This document shows positions 1 through 15,094 of a stretch of 64,000 nucleotides of DNA, one piece after another. This DNA is from Octopus vulgaris (lineage: Eukaryota), in the NCBI GenBank assembly GCA_951406725.2, contig OX597835.1, forward strand, positions 9,300,001 to 9,364,000. The letters are read 5' to 3'. Positions within the stretch are counted from its first letter, which is position 1. Every line of letters starts with the position of its first letter. The notes beneath the pieces are model-generated. The model was given only the letters and a program-made list of their open reading frames with translations, did not search any database and was not told the DNA's origin. Both the position numbers and the translations under genes were made by a program.

Positions 1-730
1 TTCCTCTACAATAGACTATATGATATCATTGCCAACCAACCAGATGCTATCTGGTGTGTCCATCTACTCGGTATGCTGCGAGTTTATCTCTGCTCTGCAA
101 TGCAATTATGGCAGACCAAATATATGTATACACTCCACTATGATTGATTAAAGCATCCAAACAATATTTTACACAGAAAATACAAATTTTACAATGTGTT
201 GTCAAGATTTATACCATTATATGAGCAATCACGATGAACATTGTTTCTCCAGTAGTTTTTTCTGCTATAGTTAAATATTTTTATACTTACTTCTGTGTAA
301 TTTTGCTTAGCTTAATATAAAGAACGTAATATTTACGCAAGCAATGTACCTATTAAATATTCCATCCCCATTGTGTATACTTTACTATCGATGCCTGTAA
401 AGTTTTTCTTTCCGCGTCTTGACTTCACAGTTTTATTTAATACAGAAGTCCATATTTTCCTTATTCGGGTGTAATATACACGTGTTTCGTCACAGGTGCC
501 ATTGTACGATATGTTTTCATCTACTCCTAGATACCATTCGTCATCAAATATTGGGGAAACAGTCAATGTGTTGCTGCTTTAGTTTACAATTTTCCCTCTT
601 CCATATCGGAAGATTTATCCAGACCAAACTCCAACTCTATATCCTTTGGGAATATTGAAGCCAAGTCAAGACACTTGTACATCACATACATATTCTTGGC
701 ATACAGTTTCAAGTCATCCACGAAGAAATA
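1..730 (-). mobile_element. Decayed RLE-type (Dong/R4-like) non-LTR retrotransposon RT fragment
   Basis: Minus strand from 727 reads FFVDDLKLYAKN...PKDIELEFGLDK (RT catalytic DD motif plus the EFGLDK motif), then WYLGV and YYTRIRKIW; frameshifted. Confidence 0.8.
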
Positions 731-822
731 CATCATGCATGTATGTTCTTATGTATGTATGAATGTATGAATATATGTATGCATGTAAGTATATACATGT
801 ATGTATGTATGTATGTATACTT

Positions 823-1224
823 ACTTACTTTTACTTACTATTACTTGTTTCAGTCATTTGACTGCGGCCATGCTGGAGCACCGCCTTTAAACGAGCAACT
901 CAACCCTGGGACTTATTCTTTGTAAGCCCAGTACTTATTTTATCGGTCTCTTTTGCCGAACCGCTAAGTGACGGGGACATAAACACACCAGCATCGGTTG
1001 TCAAGCAATGCTAGGGAGACAAACAGAGACACACAAACATATGCACACACATACATATATACGACGGGCATCTTTCAGTTTCCGTCTACCAAATCCACTC
1101 ACAAGGCTTTGGTCGACCCGAGGCTATAGTAGAAGACACTTGCCCAAGGTGCCACGCAATGGGAATGAACCCGGAACCATGTGGTTCGTTAGCAAGCTAC
1201 TTACCACACAGCCACTCCTACGCC
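823..1224 (-). mobile_element. tRNA-derived SINE, family 1
   Basis: Reverse complement of the repeated unit GGCGCAGGAGTGGCTGTGTGGTAAG...GGTTCAGTCCC (A/B-box-like head) ...GACTGAAACAAGTAAAAGAG tail; about 10 copies in the window. Confidence 0.9.
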
Positions 1225-1479
1225 ACACATGTATGTATGTATGTATGTATGTATGTATGTATGTATGTATGTATGTGTGTATAAAGCTAGAGAATTAGAG
1301 AGAGAGAGAAGTGAAAACGTTGAGAGTGAAGGCGACTCACACAAACAGATGCTGAAATGAAACAAATAGAGAAACAAACATTCTAGATGGTAAATATTTA
1401 AATAATAAGATATTAAGCTTGCTAATAGAAAGCTACGTAGATATGTAAGTAGCTAACTTGGTAGGTATGTAGACGGTTG

Positions 1480-1760
<281 letters not shown>

Positions 1761-2199
1761 ACAAGCATACATGTTAGTAGAGAAATAAATTCATAAAGGG
1801 AACAGTACTGTGTGTATAAATAAGATGAAAGATATTTTCAATATCAGGAAAAATAAGTGTAATATTTTAAGTGAATTAAATATTCCACAATATCCCATTG
1901 TATATAATCCCGAAGGCCATATCATTGTGCCAGTATTAATATTTTGTACGAAGGGGCGGTAAGTAGGAAGTGGGAAATCTTTAATATTGGCAGTAAATAT
2001 TAGATAAAGTTATTGAATTCTTAATAAAACATTGGAAATGCCACAGAGAAAAGGCATAGCCATACTTCAACTTTGGGCGACCGTCCTCGCTACAAGAACC
2101 AGTTGTTTAAATAAAGGAAACAGCTTGAACTCCTTAGCTTTCCACAATGCAACGATAAATATTTCGTGTTAGGATGAGGGAACCATATTTAATACTACT

Positions 2200-2468
<269 letters not shown>

Positions 2469-2469
2469 C

Positions 2470-3172
2470 CCAAAACATGTAATGAAAAGAAATATAACAA
2501 GTAACTGCAGAATATGTGGAGATGGACAAGAAACAATAAATCATATTATTTCTGGCTGCTCAGTCCTAGCTAAGAAGGAATATATTCACAGACATGACAG
2601 AGTTGGGACCTACATACATTGGAAGCTATGCCAACATTATGGAATAACAACAGAAAAAAGATGGTATAGGCACACACCAGAGAAGGTCACAGAAAACGAG
2701 AAAGCAACCGTACTCTGGGATATGCCAATACACACAGATAGAGAAATTAAGGCTAACAGACCAGATATAGTTGTCAGAGATCATGAAGAAAGAAAATGCT
2801 TTCTAATTGATGTATCAATACCGGCAGATGACAACGTGTCTCTAAAAGAAATGGAGAAACTCTCAAAATACAAAGACCTGGAAATAGAGGTAACCAGAAT
2901 GTGGAATCTAAAAACAGAAACAATTCCTATCATAGTAGGTGCAATAGGCATGATTAAAAAATATTCAGACAAATACATAACAAAACACCAGGACTTACAA
3001 ACACATATAACATACAGAAAATTGCACTACTAGGCACTGCACACATCCTACGCAGAACACTTTCCATACAATAACCATCAGAGCATCACAACAAATCACA
3101 GCACATACCCAGGGCACACAGAGCTGTGCTCGGTAGTGAAGTGAAAGTACGCTATAAAAATAAAACTACTGA
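2470..3172 (+). mobile_element. 5'-truncated Dong/R4-like LINE 3' end: CCHC knuckle, restriction-like endonuclease and 3' UTR
   Basis: ORF 2482-3033 has CRICG...HIISGC, RHD, RPDIV...LIDV and KYKDL motifs. A frameshift near 2985 continues as IQKIALLGTAHILRRTLS*. (AAT)n on both sides. Confidence 0.93.
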
Positions 3173-3178
3173 ATAATA

Positions 3179-3213
<35 letters not shown>

Positions 3214-3336
3214 TATAATAATAATAATAATAATAATAACCATAACAATAATAATAATATGTTTAGTAACATATGTATATATGAGCACATTTTTAAATAT
3301 ACATATATGTATAATATATGTATCTATCTCTGTCTG

Positions 3337-3453
<117 letters not shown>

Positions 3454-3461
3454 TGTAAGAA

Positions 3462-3638
3462 CGCAAAACATCCGGACAACTAGGTGATACAAAAAGGGAC
3501 AACATAACATCCAGATAGACGATACAAAAAAAAAACAGGGACGGATCATTCGAAGCTTTCTATCCTCAGTCAAGAACCGTATCATCCTCGCAATTTCGGC
3601 TGATTAATGATTAATATTGAGATTGCTCCAATCTGGCC
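3462..3638 (-). mobile_element. Short non-coding repeat embedded in (TA)n, probable Penelope-like fragment
   Basis: Complex sequence bounded by TA/TG tracts, in the same context as the hammerhead-bearing elements; family assignment is inferred. Confidence 0.35.
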
Positions 3639-3756
3639 ATATATATATATGAATGACTATGTAGGTAATATGCATGAATGTATTTGTATATATGATTAAG
3701 TAAGTATGGAAAACAGCAAGTCGAATCAACGACGTTTACGAATAATTACATACGTA

Positions 3757-4175
3757 GGCGCAGGAGTGGCTGTGTGGTAAGTAGCTTGCTAACCAATCAC
3801 ATGGTTCCGGGTTCAGTCCCACTGCGTGGCATCTTGGGCAAGTGGCTTCTGCTATAGCCCCGGGCCGACCAAAGCCTTGTGAGTGGATTTGGTAGACGGA
3901 AACTGAAAGAAGCCTGTCGTATATATGTATATGTATATATTTATCTGTGTATGTGTGTGTGTTTGTGTGTCTGTGTTTGTCCCCTTAGCATTGCTTGACA
4001 ACCGATGCTGGTGTGTTTACGTCCCCGTCACTTAGCGGTTCGGCAAAAGAGACCGATAGAATAAGTACTGGGCTTACAAAAGAATAAGTCCCGGGGTCAA
4101 TTTGATCGACTAAAGGCGGTGCTCCAGCATGGCCGCAGTCAAATGACTGAAACAAGTAAAAAGAGTAAAGAGAGT
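3757..4175 (+). mobile_element. SINE family 1
   Basis: Full-length copy with head, internal TA/TG tract and GTAAAAGAG tail. Confidence 0.92.
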
Positions 4176-4912
4176 ATTGTAATAATGTACGCATAACGTA
4201 TGTGATTGTGTATATATAATATTGTGTATGTGTGTATGTGCAGTTTCTTCGACATTAACTTTCGTCTCGTGTTATCATAACTTAGGATAAACGATGGAAA
4301 CCAATCGCTCGATCCATAAGAAAAGGCCTCCATCCGATTACCATACTTCCAAAATAGTTCAGCGTAAAGCTAATTATTTCAGCCGGTATATCCGTGGTTT
4401 AAGCACGATTCTAATTTTACTGCGAGTTTAAATACACCAGTATTAAAGATATAAATATGAATAAATCTACACACGTATTCGTTTTTTTTTATTCGAAATA
4501 TTAATAACTGTATGTCTAAGTTCTTCCATTCTCTTGAGACGAGTCTTAAGGGAATAAACACGAGTGGTTATACTCCTCGAACCTAATTACACAGAGTCTA
4601 TAGATTAAAACCGAGCTGAATGCCGTAAGGAAGTTGAATATGTATTTATTAGATATGCGATATTATTCATATACCTATACATATGTAGATATTAAAACCG
4701 AACATAGATATTTTATATGAATATCTACTTCGGTTGCATGGAGATAAATTGAAAATGGATTATATAATCCCCTATAATATCTAAGGGTGCAGCTGCTCAT
4801 ATCTTTCAATATCTTTGTATCCACGACCTTAACCACGTTGTCAGGTTTCATTTTCTTAGATAAATTGATAAGCATTACAACATTGCATACACAATATAAC
4901 TATGTGCATGCC

Positions 4913-4993
<81 letters not shown>

Positions 4994-6276
4994 AAGAAAG
5001 AGAATAAGCGTATATGTAGAGTATATAAATTGCGTTATAGATTGTAATGCATATATATGTGTGTGTGTGTGTGCGCGTGTGTGAGTGTGTATGTGTGTGT
5101 CCGAGTATAAAAAGAAACAAGCGTACACACATACACACATACTCATACGCATACACATTTAGAGAGAAGCTCGTATATAGTACAACTTGATGTCACAAAT
5201 ACATACATACATACACACACATATTCAACGCAAAAGTGCACTTCTTCTACGCACATTTTATACATCCACTTCACATTATATATGTTAATACGTACATCGA
5301 AGCCTCTCGGACCACATCTACGATCAAAAAAATTACATATATTTAAACAACAGTTATGTTATATGCCATAGTGCACACATACACATACACACAGTGCACG
5401 CACACGCATATGTACACACGTGATGATGCAACAAACCTCGCACTTGTCTACTCACTGTCCTACATTCACTTACATCTATTCGACTGTTAACAATTTAGTT
5501 TGTACCGTAAAATTACATACGACACACATACATACACACGCGATCCCACAAACACATACCCAAATAACAAAACACAATCGCAATAACGCAAACAAACATG
5601 GAATACCATTACACCAATCATACTCATTCAGAGAGATACATACATACAAAAGAAAAATAACGCAATATATATATAACTACATATAGAAACACACCGATCA
5701 ACTGGAAGTTGCTGTTCTGTCTTATTACAGTAAACCTCACAGCGCCTCTTCACATTTCCAGTCAGTCAACGGTTGGTGCGTCTTCATATGCATTTTCTAT
5801 AGAACGAATTATTTTTCTTTTCGGTTACCGAACCCAGGTCTTCCAACGTTTGAGTCCACGTAAACATTTTTAATATAAATGTACACAACTTTAAATTTTC
5901 CTCATCGCTAATTCGTGTAGCTTAAATTTATTAACATTGCACACGCCAACAAATATATTATTTGCGGTTTTCATTTATGAACGATAGTCTTTATTGAACG
6001 ACCAACTCCGTGTGCATAACTAATGAAGCGTAACGACGAAGAATGATGCGTCTTATTGTCTGATTACGTATTTATAGCTTGATGACGAGTTGCTTTCATA
6101 ACAATTCGCCTCTCAAGATAGATTCCACAGTGAAGGACTCTCCACATTTGAGTTTTCACGAACGTTCTAAATATAACTATATACAGCTTAATGCTAACCA
6201 TCGCTGCTTCCTGATTCTGTATATGTGTATGCCTGCCTGATTGTGTGTCACTTTGTGTGTCACTTTGTGTATGGAC

Positions 6277-6350
<74 letters not shown>

Positions 6351-6940
6351 ATGTATAGTTGGATTACCAACAAAACAAAATATTCAACAATAAGATACAA
6401 ACGTAATAGCTTGTACAATGGATTTATAAATAAATAAATACGAGGAAACATTGTATATGTGTGACATTTAGAAATATATTCCATGAATCTTTAAATCTAA
6501 AGAAACTTGATGACATTTAAACAGAATTTTCCTTTAATATTGTCGACCATCTTAAGAAAATGGTGATTCAATTGCAATGACTTTTAAAGAAATCAGTTTA
6601 ATTTTTTTTCCTTCAATAACAAATAAATAGAAATAATAACCTGAAAGCATTAAAAAATGGTGAAATTATTTTCTTTTTGAAGCTTTAATATTTTCTATTT
6701 AAGTATTTGCGGATCAACCCACACATTGATACATATTCTTTCAAGGCCCAGAATTAATATACCAGCTTGTACGTATGTCTGCACGTATATACATACGTAT
6801 GTATCTATGTATATATGTATGTATGAATGCATAAATATATGTAAATCAGCCTATTTATAAAGGTAGAAGTTCTGGGGTTTAGTGAAATGTTTTTGAATTA
6901 CATAGAAAACATTTTTTTAATGGTATTACATTATAAAAAA

Positions 6941-7357
6941 GGGGCGAGCTGGCAGAATCGTTAGCACGTCGGGCGAAATGCTTAACGGTATTTCGGCTGC
7001 CGTTACGTTGTGAGTTCAAATTCCGCCGAGGTCGACTTTGCCTTTCATCCTTTCGGGGTCGATAAATTAAGTACCAGTTAAGCACTGGGGTCGATATAAT
7101 CGACTTAATACCTATGTCTGTCCATGTTTGTCCCCTCTGTGTTTAGCCCCTAGTGGGTAATAAAGAAATAGGTATTTCGGCTGCCGTTACGTTGTGAGTT
7201 CAAATTCCGCCGAGGTCGACTTTGCCTTTCATCCTTTCGGGGTCGATAAATTAAGTACCAGTTAAGCACTGGGGTCGATATAATCGACTTAATATATATG
7301 TCTGTCCATGTTTGTCCTCTCTATGTTTAGCCCCTTGTGGGTAATAAAGAAATAGGT
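6941..7357 (+). mobile_element. tRNA-derived SINE family 2, head-to-tail dimer
   Basis: GGCGAGCTGGCAGAA head, GAGTTCAAATTCC B-box and GTCGACTTTGCCTTTCATCCTTTCGGGGTCGATAAA central domain; body repeated from about 7171. Confidence 0.9.
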
Positions 7358-7365
7358 ATTACATG

Positions 7366-7583
7366 CAGGGGTTATTCATAACTTTATACTTCAAAGAAAA
7401 CAGTGGTATTATTCATGAGGGAATAAAATGATGTAAAATAACGTAATCTTCTTGTCAACGAAAAACAAATCAATAAGCCATTTTTAGGAATGTCATATTT
7501 TACATCATTTTATTGCCTCAGGAATAATACCACCGTTTGTTTTGAAACATATGTCGGAAATATAAAGATTTCAATAACACCTG
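7366..7583. mobile_element. MITE-like foldback, Tc1/mariner-type ends
   Basis: CAGGGGTTATT...AATAACACCTG termini with inner arms GGTATTATTCATGAGGGAATAAAATGATGTAAAATA / TATTTTACATCATTTTATTGCCTCAGGAATAATACC. Confidence 0.75.
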
Positions 7584-8159
7584 CGTTTAACTCCATTTCT
7601 TAGTTTATCTACGCCTGCGCTTATCTTGGCAAGTCCCATGTCTCTCTTCTCTCCAGTTGAAGTGATGCAGCGTGCGTTTGCTGATCTTAAGAAAGTCTCA
7701 TCTCTCTTCCTGCTTGAAACTTTCGCCTTCGGTTTTCTACAATCCCCCTGGCTTTATACTTGTTTCTGGAGAAATTACATCTTTTCTTTGGTAGCATATT
7801 TTTTACAATATTGTAAAACTCCGACACACCATTCCACTCTGGTGGCTGTAACGACAGAAAGTTGCCGATGCTGCGTAATATTGTTCACATTAGGATGTAA
7901 ATTATTTATTTCAAATATAATAGAAATAAGATGACCTTAATGCTATCACATTAGAATTAAAAGTGAAAGAATGAAAGTGAAGCTATTATATCACATTACA
8001 ATATAGGTGTTATCCAGTGCCAATGTTAAATTGTTTTAATTCAAATGAAAAAAATATTACATGTTGACACTCACGGGGTTTGATAATATTACCTTGTAAA
8101 TTTTTATTTCATTTGTTTGAGCCGTTTGAAAATGCATAGGAAATATATATATATATATA

Positions 8160-8362
8160 TACTCTTTTACTCTTTTACTTGTTTCAGTCATTTGACTGCG
8201 GCCATGCTGGAGCACCGCCTTTAATCGAGCAACTCGACCCCGGGACTTATTCTTTGTAAGCCCAGTACTTATTCTATCGGTATCTTTTGCCGAACCGCTA
8301 AGTAACGGGGACATAAACACACCAGCATCGGTTGTCAAGCAATGCTAGGGGGACAAGCACAG

Positions 8363-8393
<31 letters not shown>

Positions 8394-8558
8394 CATATAT
8401 ACGACGAGCTTCTTTCAATTTCCGTCTACCAAATCCACTCACAAGGTTTTGGTCAGCCCGAGGCTATAGTAGAAGACACTTGCCCAAGGTGCCACACAGT
8501 GGGACTGAACCCGGAACCATGTGGTTGGTAAGCAAGCTACTTACCACACAGTCACTCC
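8160..8558 (-). mobile_element. SINE family 1
   Basis: Reverse-complement copy. Confidence 0.92.
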
Positions 8559-8822
8559 AGAAAGATATATATATATATATATATGTGTGTATAGATACGT
8601 TAGTGTATATATATATATATATGTGTGTACATAGATACGTTAGTGTAATTGTAGCAGCAGTTACGCTGTGGTTGGTTGATGTCGGTTGCTTTCGTTGTTC
8701 ATCGATGTTTAGTTTCTGTCAGCTTTGATCAGCATCTGTTCCCAGCTTATTCGCTGCCTGTCTCGTCTTTGGTGTTGTTTCATGCACTCTCTCTCTTTCT
8801 CTCCCACTCTCTCTCTCTCCCT

Positions 8823-8858
<36 letters not shown>

Positions 8859-9045
8859 ATAAATATCGTAGGTGCACCAAATTTATACTAATTGTTAAGC
8901 TCAGAAAGAAGCGCGTCAAAAGATTAATTGTTGCAGGAGCCACTTTGACTTGTTGTCTTGATTGGTCAGATATTTTCGATCACATGGTTAAATGGCAGCA
9001 AATCGTGATATTGCATATATCGATCTGACTGCTGAATATCCTGCT

Positions 9046-9078
<33 letters not shown>

Positions 9079-9121
9079 CACACCTATACATATGTGTATG
9101 TGTGTGTGTCTGTGCATGTCC

Positions 9122-9229
<108 letters not shown>

Positions 9230-9835
9230 TGATTTGCGTGTATATGTTATGGCTTTCGTTGAAGTTCACAATAAAACACTACCGTTTCGAATACTTATTT
9301 CTATAGTTTCTTTATCCAGACATTTCTATATTTCTCGGTGTAACAGTCATTTGCTTCGTACCGCTTCAGTAAGTTTGAATAAATGTCGCGCCAGATGTGG
9401 TAAATTAGATATTTACATCCTATATACCGATAAATGTATTTATACAGCTCCACAAATAATGTTCATGTCAAATTTAATGTAAAGTTATTACTACTGGTGT
9501 CCATAAAACACATATAGTATTTTGAATTGATTTTATATATTTTCCGGAATGCTTTTTAGATTTTTAGTTTAGAATTTTTGAATTCTATCAACAAACTTCA
9601 ACCTAAATAATTTTACACAAAAATACTCAGGGGAATTGTAACAAACAACGAGGAATCGTGTAATCTAAGCGTTCTGAAAAACCCATGTTCTTGTAACAAT
9701 TGCTATATCCTGTCATTAACAATTGTCCTATTCACAGAAATATACGGAACATCACTATTTATCAGCTTCCACAAATGAAAAGTATTCAAGTATGTGATAT
9801 AGTCACGTATACAGTCTGCAGTTATTTATACACAA

Positions 9836-9871
<36 letters not shown>

Positions 9872-10039
9872 CCATACACATACATTTACATATGTGTATG
9901 TATGTGTGTGTTTGTGTGTGTCCATTGTTTTCGTGTGAGTGTGTGTGTGTGTGTGTGTGTATCCATACATATTTAAATATAGAAATATGCACTTATAGCA
10001 AAAACAGGAACAATTTTGGAAAAAAGTATACGGAACGAT

Positions 10040-10980
10040 AAAAAAATTAATTTAAGGAGGAAGCTGAAGAAGATATGTCTGCTACTGAAGAACAGAAATG
10101 GGAAGATATTACAATAAAGGGAACTAACTCCAACTCTATCTAAACGTCATAAGGAGAAGTCTCCTGAAAATAGAAAAATCCCAAACCTCTGACTTAATAA
10201 TCTCTCATCATCGCATTAATGGAATATTTGCCTGGTATCATCAGAAACCCCAGCATGTCTCCCAAACTAGTTCACATTAAGAATAACATAGCAACTCCCT
10301 AAAATACCTTCACGCCGATCACTTGTTAGACAACTACGTATAAAATACATTGATCCACGTTGAAAGGACGTACAATTTCTCAATCAAAACATCCTTTCTC
10401 TTGAACAGAAAGGGTTCAAAAGAGACTCATGCAGTTGCAAATATCAGTTGTTAATAAACCGTATGTAATCAAAAATTACTCACTGGGAAAATGGTACCAT
10501 GGTATAGCACGGATTGAGTTTTATGATGCGTTTGACATTTTCCCACATAGCTGGAATTTAAAGGGACTAAATCTCTCCTTCTGTAAAAGGCTTTCTGCAA
10601 CACAGTATGGAACTGTGGAATAAGAAATTAGATCGTTGAACATTTCAGGGCGATTCACTCTCCCCTCTTCTCTTCTGCCTTTCCCTCATTCCCTTGTACC
10701 TTGAGTTGAATAGTTGAATAGAACAAATTTGTGACTGCAGCCGAAGCAGAAGGATTTATCCCAGCGGCACAAGATCAGAGTTTCCTCACCCGGAACTATC
10801 AAGCTAATGTCCTGCACAAAGGCGCATACACTAAATATAGACTCTGCGATGGCAAGCTTGAGAGCAGCGACCACTGCTGCAGAATATAAATCCAAGCATG
10901 ATCGAGTTGATCAATACGTGCACTGGGGAATATGCCATCACTATGGTATCCTGCATCCTTAGAACTGGTATGAACACCCA
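10040..10980 (+). mobile_element. Decayed, internally deleted Dong/R4-like LINE (RT N-terminal part plus knuckle/RHD region)
   Basis: Reading across frameshifts gives SPENRKIPNL*LNNLSSSH, TPITC*TTTYK, LEQKGFKR, ARIEFYDAFDIFPHSW, EAEGFIPAAQDQSFLTRNY, YRLCDGKLES and EYKSKHDRVDQYVHWGICHHYG. Confidence 0.85.
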
Positions 10981-10999
10981 TTAGGGGTTTAGTCTTTAT

Positions 11000-11200
11000 T
11001 TTGTTGACTGCATAAAAAATGCAAGTAGAACCATTTTATGGTACCTGTGAAATAAAAGACTGAGTGTGAGGGAAGTATCAAAATAAATTAATGATGCGAT
11101 ATGCCAAGGAAATTTCAACAAAGACAGTGGCATAAAACTGGTTTGAAGGTTTCAAGGAAGTTGACATCAGCCTTGAAGACAAATCAAGTTCCGTGATAGA
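11000..11200 (+). mobile_element. mariner transposase N-terminal remnant
   Basis: NWFEGFKEVDISLEDKSSS resembles the mariner WFxxFKxGDxSLED motif; contains stops. Confidence 0.65.
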
Positions 11201-11399
11201 TTTATTGCCGAAGAACTCAAAACGAAAATCCAAATCCAAAAATAGAAACAAAGAAGCAAACACACAAAATAAGAAATCTCTTGTCAGGATGACAATAAAT
11301 TATAATCCTATCTTCAAGCTCAGATTATTGGGAAGAAAAGGAAAAAGAGAATAAGATTACGCGTTTAGAGATAATGGCTGGAAATGTTGGGAGAAAGGT

Positions 11400-11560
11400 A
11401 GAAATTTTGGCGGAGGCGGTAAGATGATGATATTGACCAAAGTGTTCAACTAGTGCTTATGTCATTGACCCCGAAAGGATGTAAAGTCGACTTCGGTGGA
11501 ATTTGAACTCAGAACGTAAAGACATGAAACTGCAACTAACGATTCTGTCAGCTAACCACC
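11400..11560 (-). mobile_element. Old SINE family 2 copy
   Basis: GACCCCGAAAGGATG...GTCGAC...GGAATTTGAACTCAGAACG, diverged. Confidence 0.75.
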
Positions 11561-11773
11561 TAAAGCGTTTAGAGATAATATGATAAAGGGATAAAGACCG
11601 GTCGGATCTGTGCCTGACAATTTGCTTGAAAAGGATTTAAACTAATCCCTGTCTGTTGTAACACAACGTCTGGCTGACTATCATACCAGAATCTGTCACT
11701 CTAGAAATTCAATTCATGACTGGCTGGCTTCTATAATACTCTCTTTAAAAAAAAAAAATTATAGATATTTATA

Positions 11774-12110
11774 GGCGCAGGAGTGGCTGTGTGGTAAGTA
11801 GCTTGCTAACCAACCACATGGTTCCGGGTTCAGTCCTACTGCTATAGCTCCGGGCCGACCTGTCGTATATATGTATATGTATATATATATGTATGTGTGT
11901 CTGTGTTTGTCCCCCTATCATTGCTTGACAACCGATGCTGGTGTGTTTACGTACCCGTCACTTAGCGGTTCGGCAAAAGCGACCGATAGAATAAGTACTG
12001 GGTTTACAAAGAATAAGTCCCGGGGTCGATTTGCTCGACTAAAGGCGGTGCTCCAGCATGGCCGCAGTCAAATGACTGAAACAAGTAAAAGAGTAAAAGA
12101 GTAAAGAGTA
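11774..12110 (+). mobile_element. SINE family 1 with two internal deletions
   Basis: Head and tail intact; the GTGGCACCTTGGGCAAG and GTGAGTGGATTTGGTAGACGG segments are missing. Confidence 0.9.
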
Positions 12111-13995
12111 TATACCTTCAGATATCCGCACACAAGAGAATGCATTAATAATCTGAACGTAGATAGTATTTTAAACGAACACACATACGTATACATGAGT
12201 GTGCGCGTCTGTCCGCGGGATGTACGTAAGAACAAAGCTCGTCAAAGACTGATGCCTTCAGCTGCTAGATAACTTAGGCGTTTCTTCGGAGTAGATGACA
12301 AGTCGATTCGGTTAATCGTCTAATATTTTTGTCTTTTAAAACCCGAAGAAACGTGTGTGGATGTTAATCATGAACGCAGCAAGATTTGAACGCATAAGAG
12401 TTGGAAATTACAACTAAACTGGAATAAAATTGACTGAACATTTTATATTCTGCATTGATCCTTCAATCCACCTCACGATACACTTTCACGGGCATTAATT
12501 CTTTTATTAAATGTTCAATATACGAAGCAAAAGGTCCTACGGATCTACCAATTCTTTTCCATTCGGTGAATAATTTGTATTAAAGTATTAATTACATTTT
12601 TAAGTAGTTTTACAAGATACATATACATAATACATACATGCCTACGTACATATAATGGTTGACGTGTTAATGGAAAACAATATGAAGCTATTGTTTATTT
12701 TTCTTTTTACTTTTTTCAGTTTCCATTAGAATATAAAACACTCACATTTGAGTATGTTTGCATTGAAGTGTTTACAATAGATAAATATACTTAATTTTAC
12801 TGCTTAGAATTAAATAGAATCATATCATTTAATCATGAGAGATATGAAAGTGCGCATATCACTCAAGCTGAGTAAAATTTTATGTTAGATGTATTTTATA
12901 TAACTTCTGATATTGCTATTTCTGTTTCGCAATTAATTTTCCGAAAAGGAAACAAGGAAAATATTAATACATGATTGAAACTAGGTAGTATTAAAAGGTG
13001 GAAATGCGGTTAATAGAAAGTAAATAGCTTTGATAGAAAACACAGAATCTGTTTACAAAAGATGTAAACTCGTTTACAAATTGTTCTTGCATATCATGGC
13101 TTATAATTCAAAAGAAAATTGAACAATAACCTGCATCCAAGTATTTCATATCTGATGATTAAATAATATTGAAATGAAGGTTGAAATAATTTAATATTTC
13201 ACAGGAAGAAAGAAAATAATTTCGACGGCAACAAACAATGAAATATTAACACTGATTTTCATGAAGAACTTTCAGTATTAGAATTACGCCATCCCACAGG
13301 ATTTCTATACGTAAATATTGAAAACTTAATAGAAACCTTGAGACTAATTCGCGGCAGTGTATTTCTTGTTATCCTTATTTCATTCTTAATTTACCATTGT
13401 TCAGTGATGGAAATAACATTTCTTTCGCACATTATAAAGAAAATTAATCTCACACACATGTCTATATACGTAGTATCATCGAGAGAAATTATAGCCTTGA
13501 ATATAATGAATATCTACATTACTATGCAACGATCAGATTTGAATTGATCCTCAAGTGTATGTAGGAGGGAGTTTGTCCTGAATAAATATTCTATTTCGGT
13601 GAATTTGAGAAATTTTAATTTAATAAAATCTTGAAAGATAGTAAATACTGCGTCCCATACGGCATGTATGTACGCTAATAAAATTTTCGAAACTAAATGG
13701 TATTTCAATATTTTACTGCAATTTCTATTCGGCTATTAATTAAATGTTATTAAACAATATTTTAATATAACGTCTTTAAATGGAATAATCAATCAAAGCA
13801 ATGATTGAACAAACTTAAAGATATCGAAATAAAACATTTTTATCGACATTTAAATTGCGAATGTTTCTCAAATATTTAGGCAGCAGCAACACAAATGACA
13901 TAAAATGCCGTTGATGACGCGCACACACACATACATGTATGTACGTGTGTGCATCATCAACGGCATAATATATGCCTGTTCATACATGAGTATAG

Positions 13996-14049
<54 letters not shown>

Positions 14050-14105
14050 GGAGTGAGAGAGATAATAACATGATAAAGTGATAGAGACCGATCAGGTCTG
14101 TGCCT

Positions 14106-14154
<49 letters not shown>

Positions 14155-15094
14155 ATTTATGTATGTATGTATTTATGTATATATGCATGTATGCATGTAT
14201 GTATGCGCCTCTTCTCTGTCAATCTCTTTCCCTCTCTTGTTCATCATCCTTTCTGGTTTTCTCTCCCACCCTTCCCTATTCTTCTCCTCTCCTCTTCACC
14301 GTTCCCTATTTCCCTCTTTCACCATGACTCTCTCGTCGCTGACACGTGACAAAAGGGAATCTATCTTTCTTTCCATTTCTTTCCCAAAGACAAGACGTGC
14401 TTTTACCTGTCTCCTCTCATTAGCTCGTCCTCCTAGCGTTCATAATAACTTTCCTATCGTCTTCACTTAACAGCCCTCACCGTTTGTTTTTACTGTCTTG
14501 TTCTCACTTTCCTGTTCTTGTTACCACTTTCACCCTCCGCAAAATATCCCAAATTTTATTTAATTTGCTTTGCGGGAAGGAATATTTCACGAAGTCGCCT
14601 CTTGTCCTTATCTTCGAAACACGGAGTAGATGAAACAGGGACAGCTGATAAAGGGGAATATTCTTTATGTTGCATGTCTCGTTTCTCTTTTTTGATTATT
14701 TGTTATTTCTGAATTAGCCAGGATTGTTCATTCACAACTAATCAACAAGACATATACACATGTGGCGTTCGTCCTTCCTCTCTCTGAAAATGGCCCGATT
14801 GCCTGCTTTATAAATTTTGGGGGCTTAATAGGCGAATATTAACAATTAGAATATAGCGTCGGCACGAACCAGCAGCATATTTTTGTTCTTAACATTTGTC
14901 GTTCTGTGAATGAGCAATGTTGCGCAAGATTTTCCAAAATGGAATGATCTAAGTTACACTTTCTCGAGATCTTTAAAATTTCCTTTTTCATCCATCAGCT
15001 GACCGAGAACCAACAGATAATTCCCCAAAGGAACGCTACTTAGGGTTTACTGGAATCGGACAGATATATATATGTGTGTGTATGTTATGCAATT

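Noticed and set aside
3545-3605. Minus-strand CTGAGGA with nearby GAA(A)
   Set aside because: No consistent stems in any hammerhead topology.
4139-4875. Short minus-strand ORFs of plausible composition
   Set aside because: No recognisable domain or splice structure.
10686-10895. Protein-like minus-strand ORF
   Set aside because: It is antisense to the Dong-like LINE coding remnant on the plus strand.
13205-13312. Candidate exon bounded by AG and GT
   Set aside because: Stops occur in all three frames and there is no transcript evidence.
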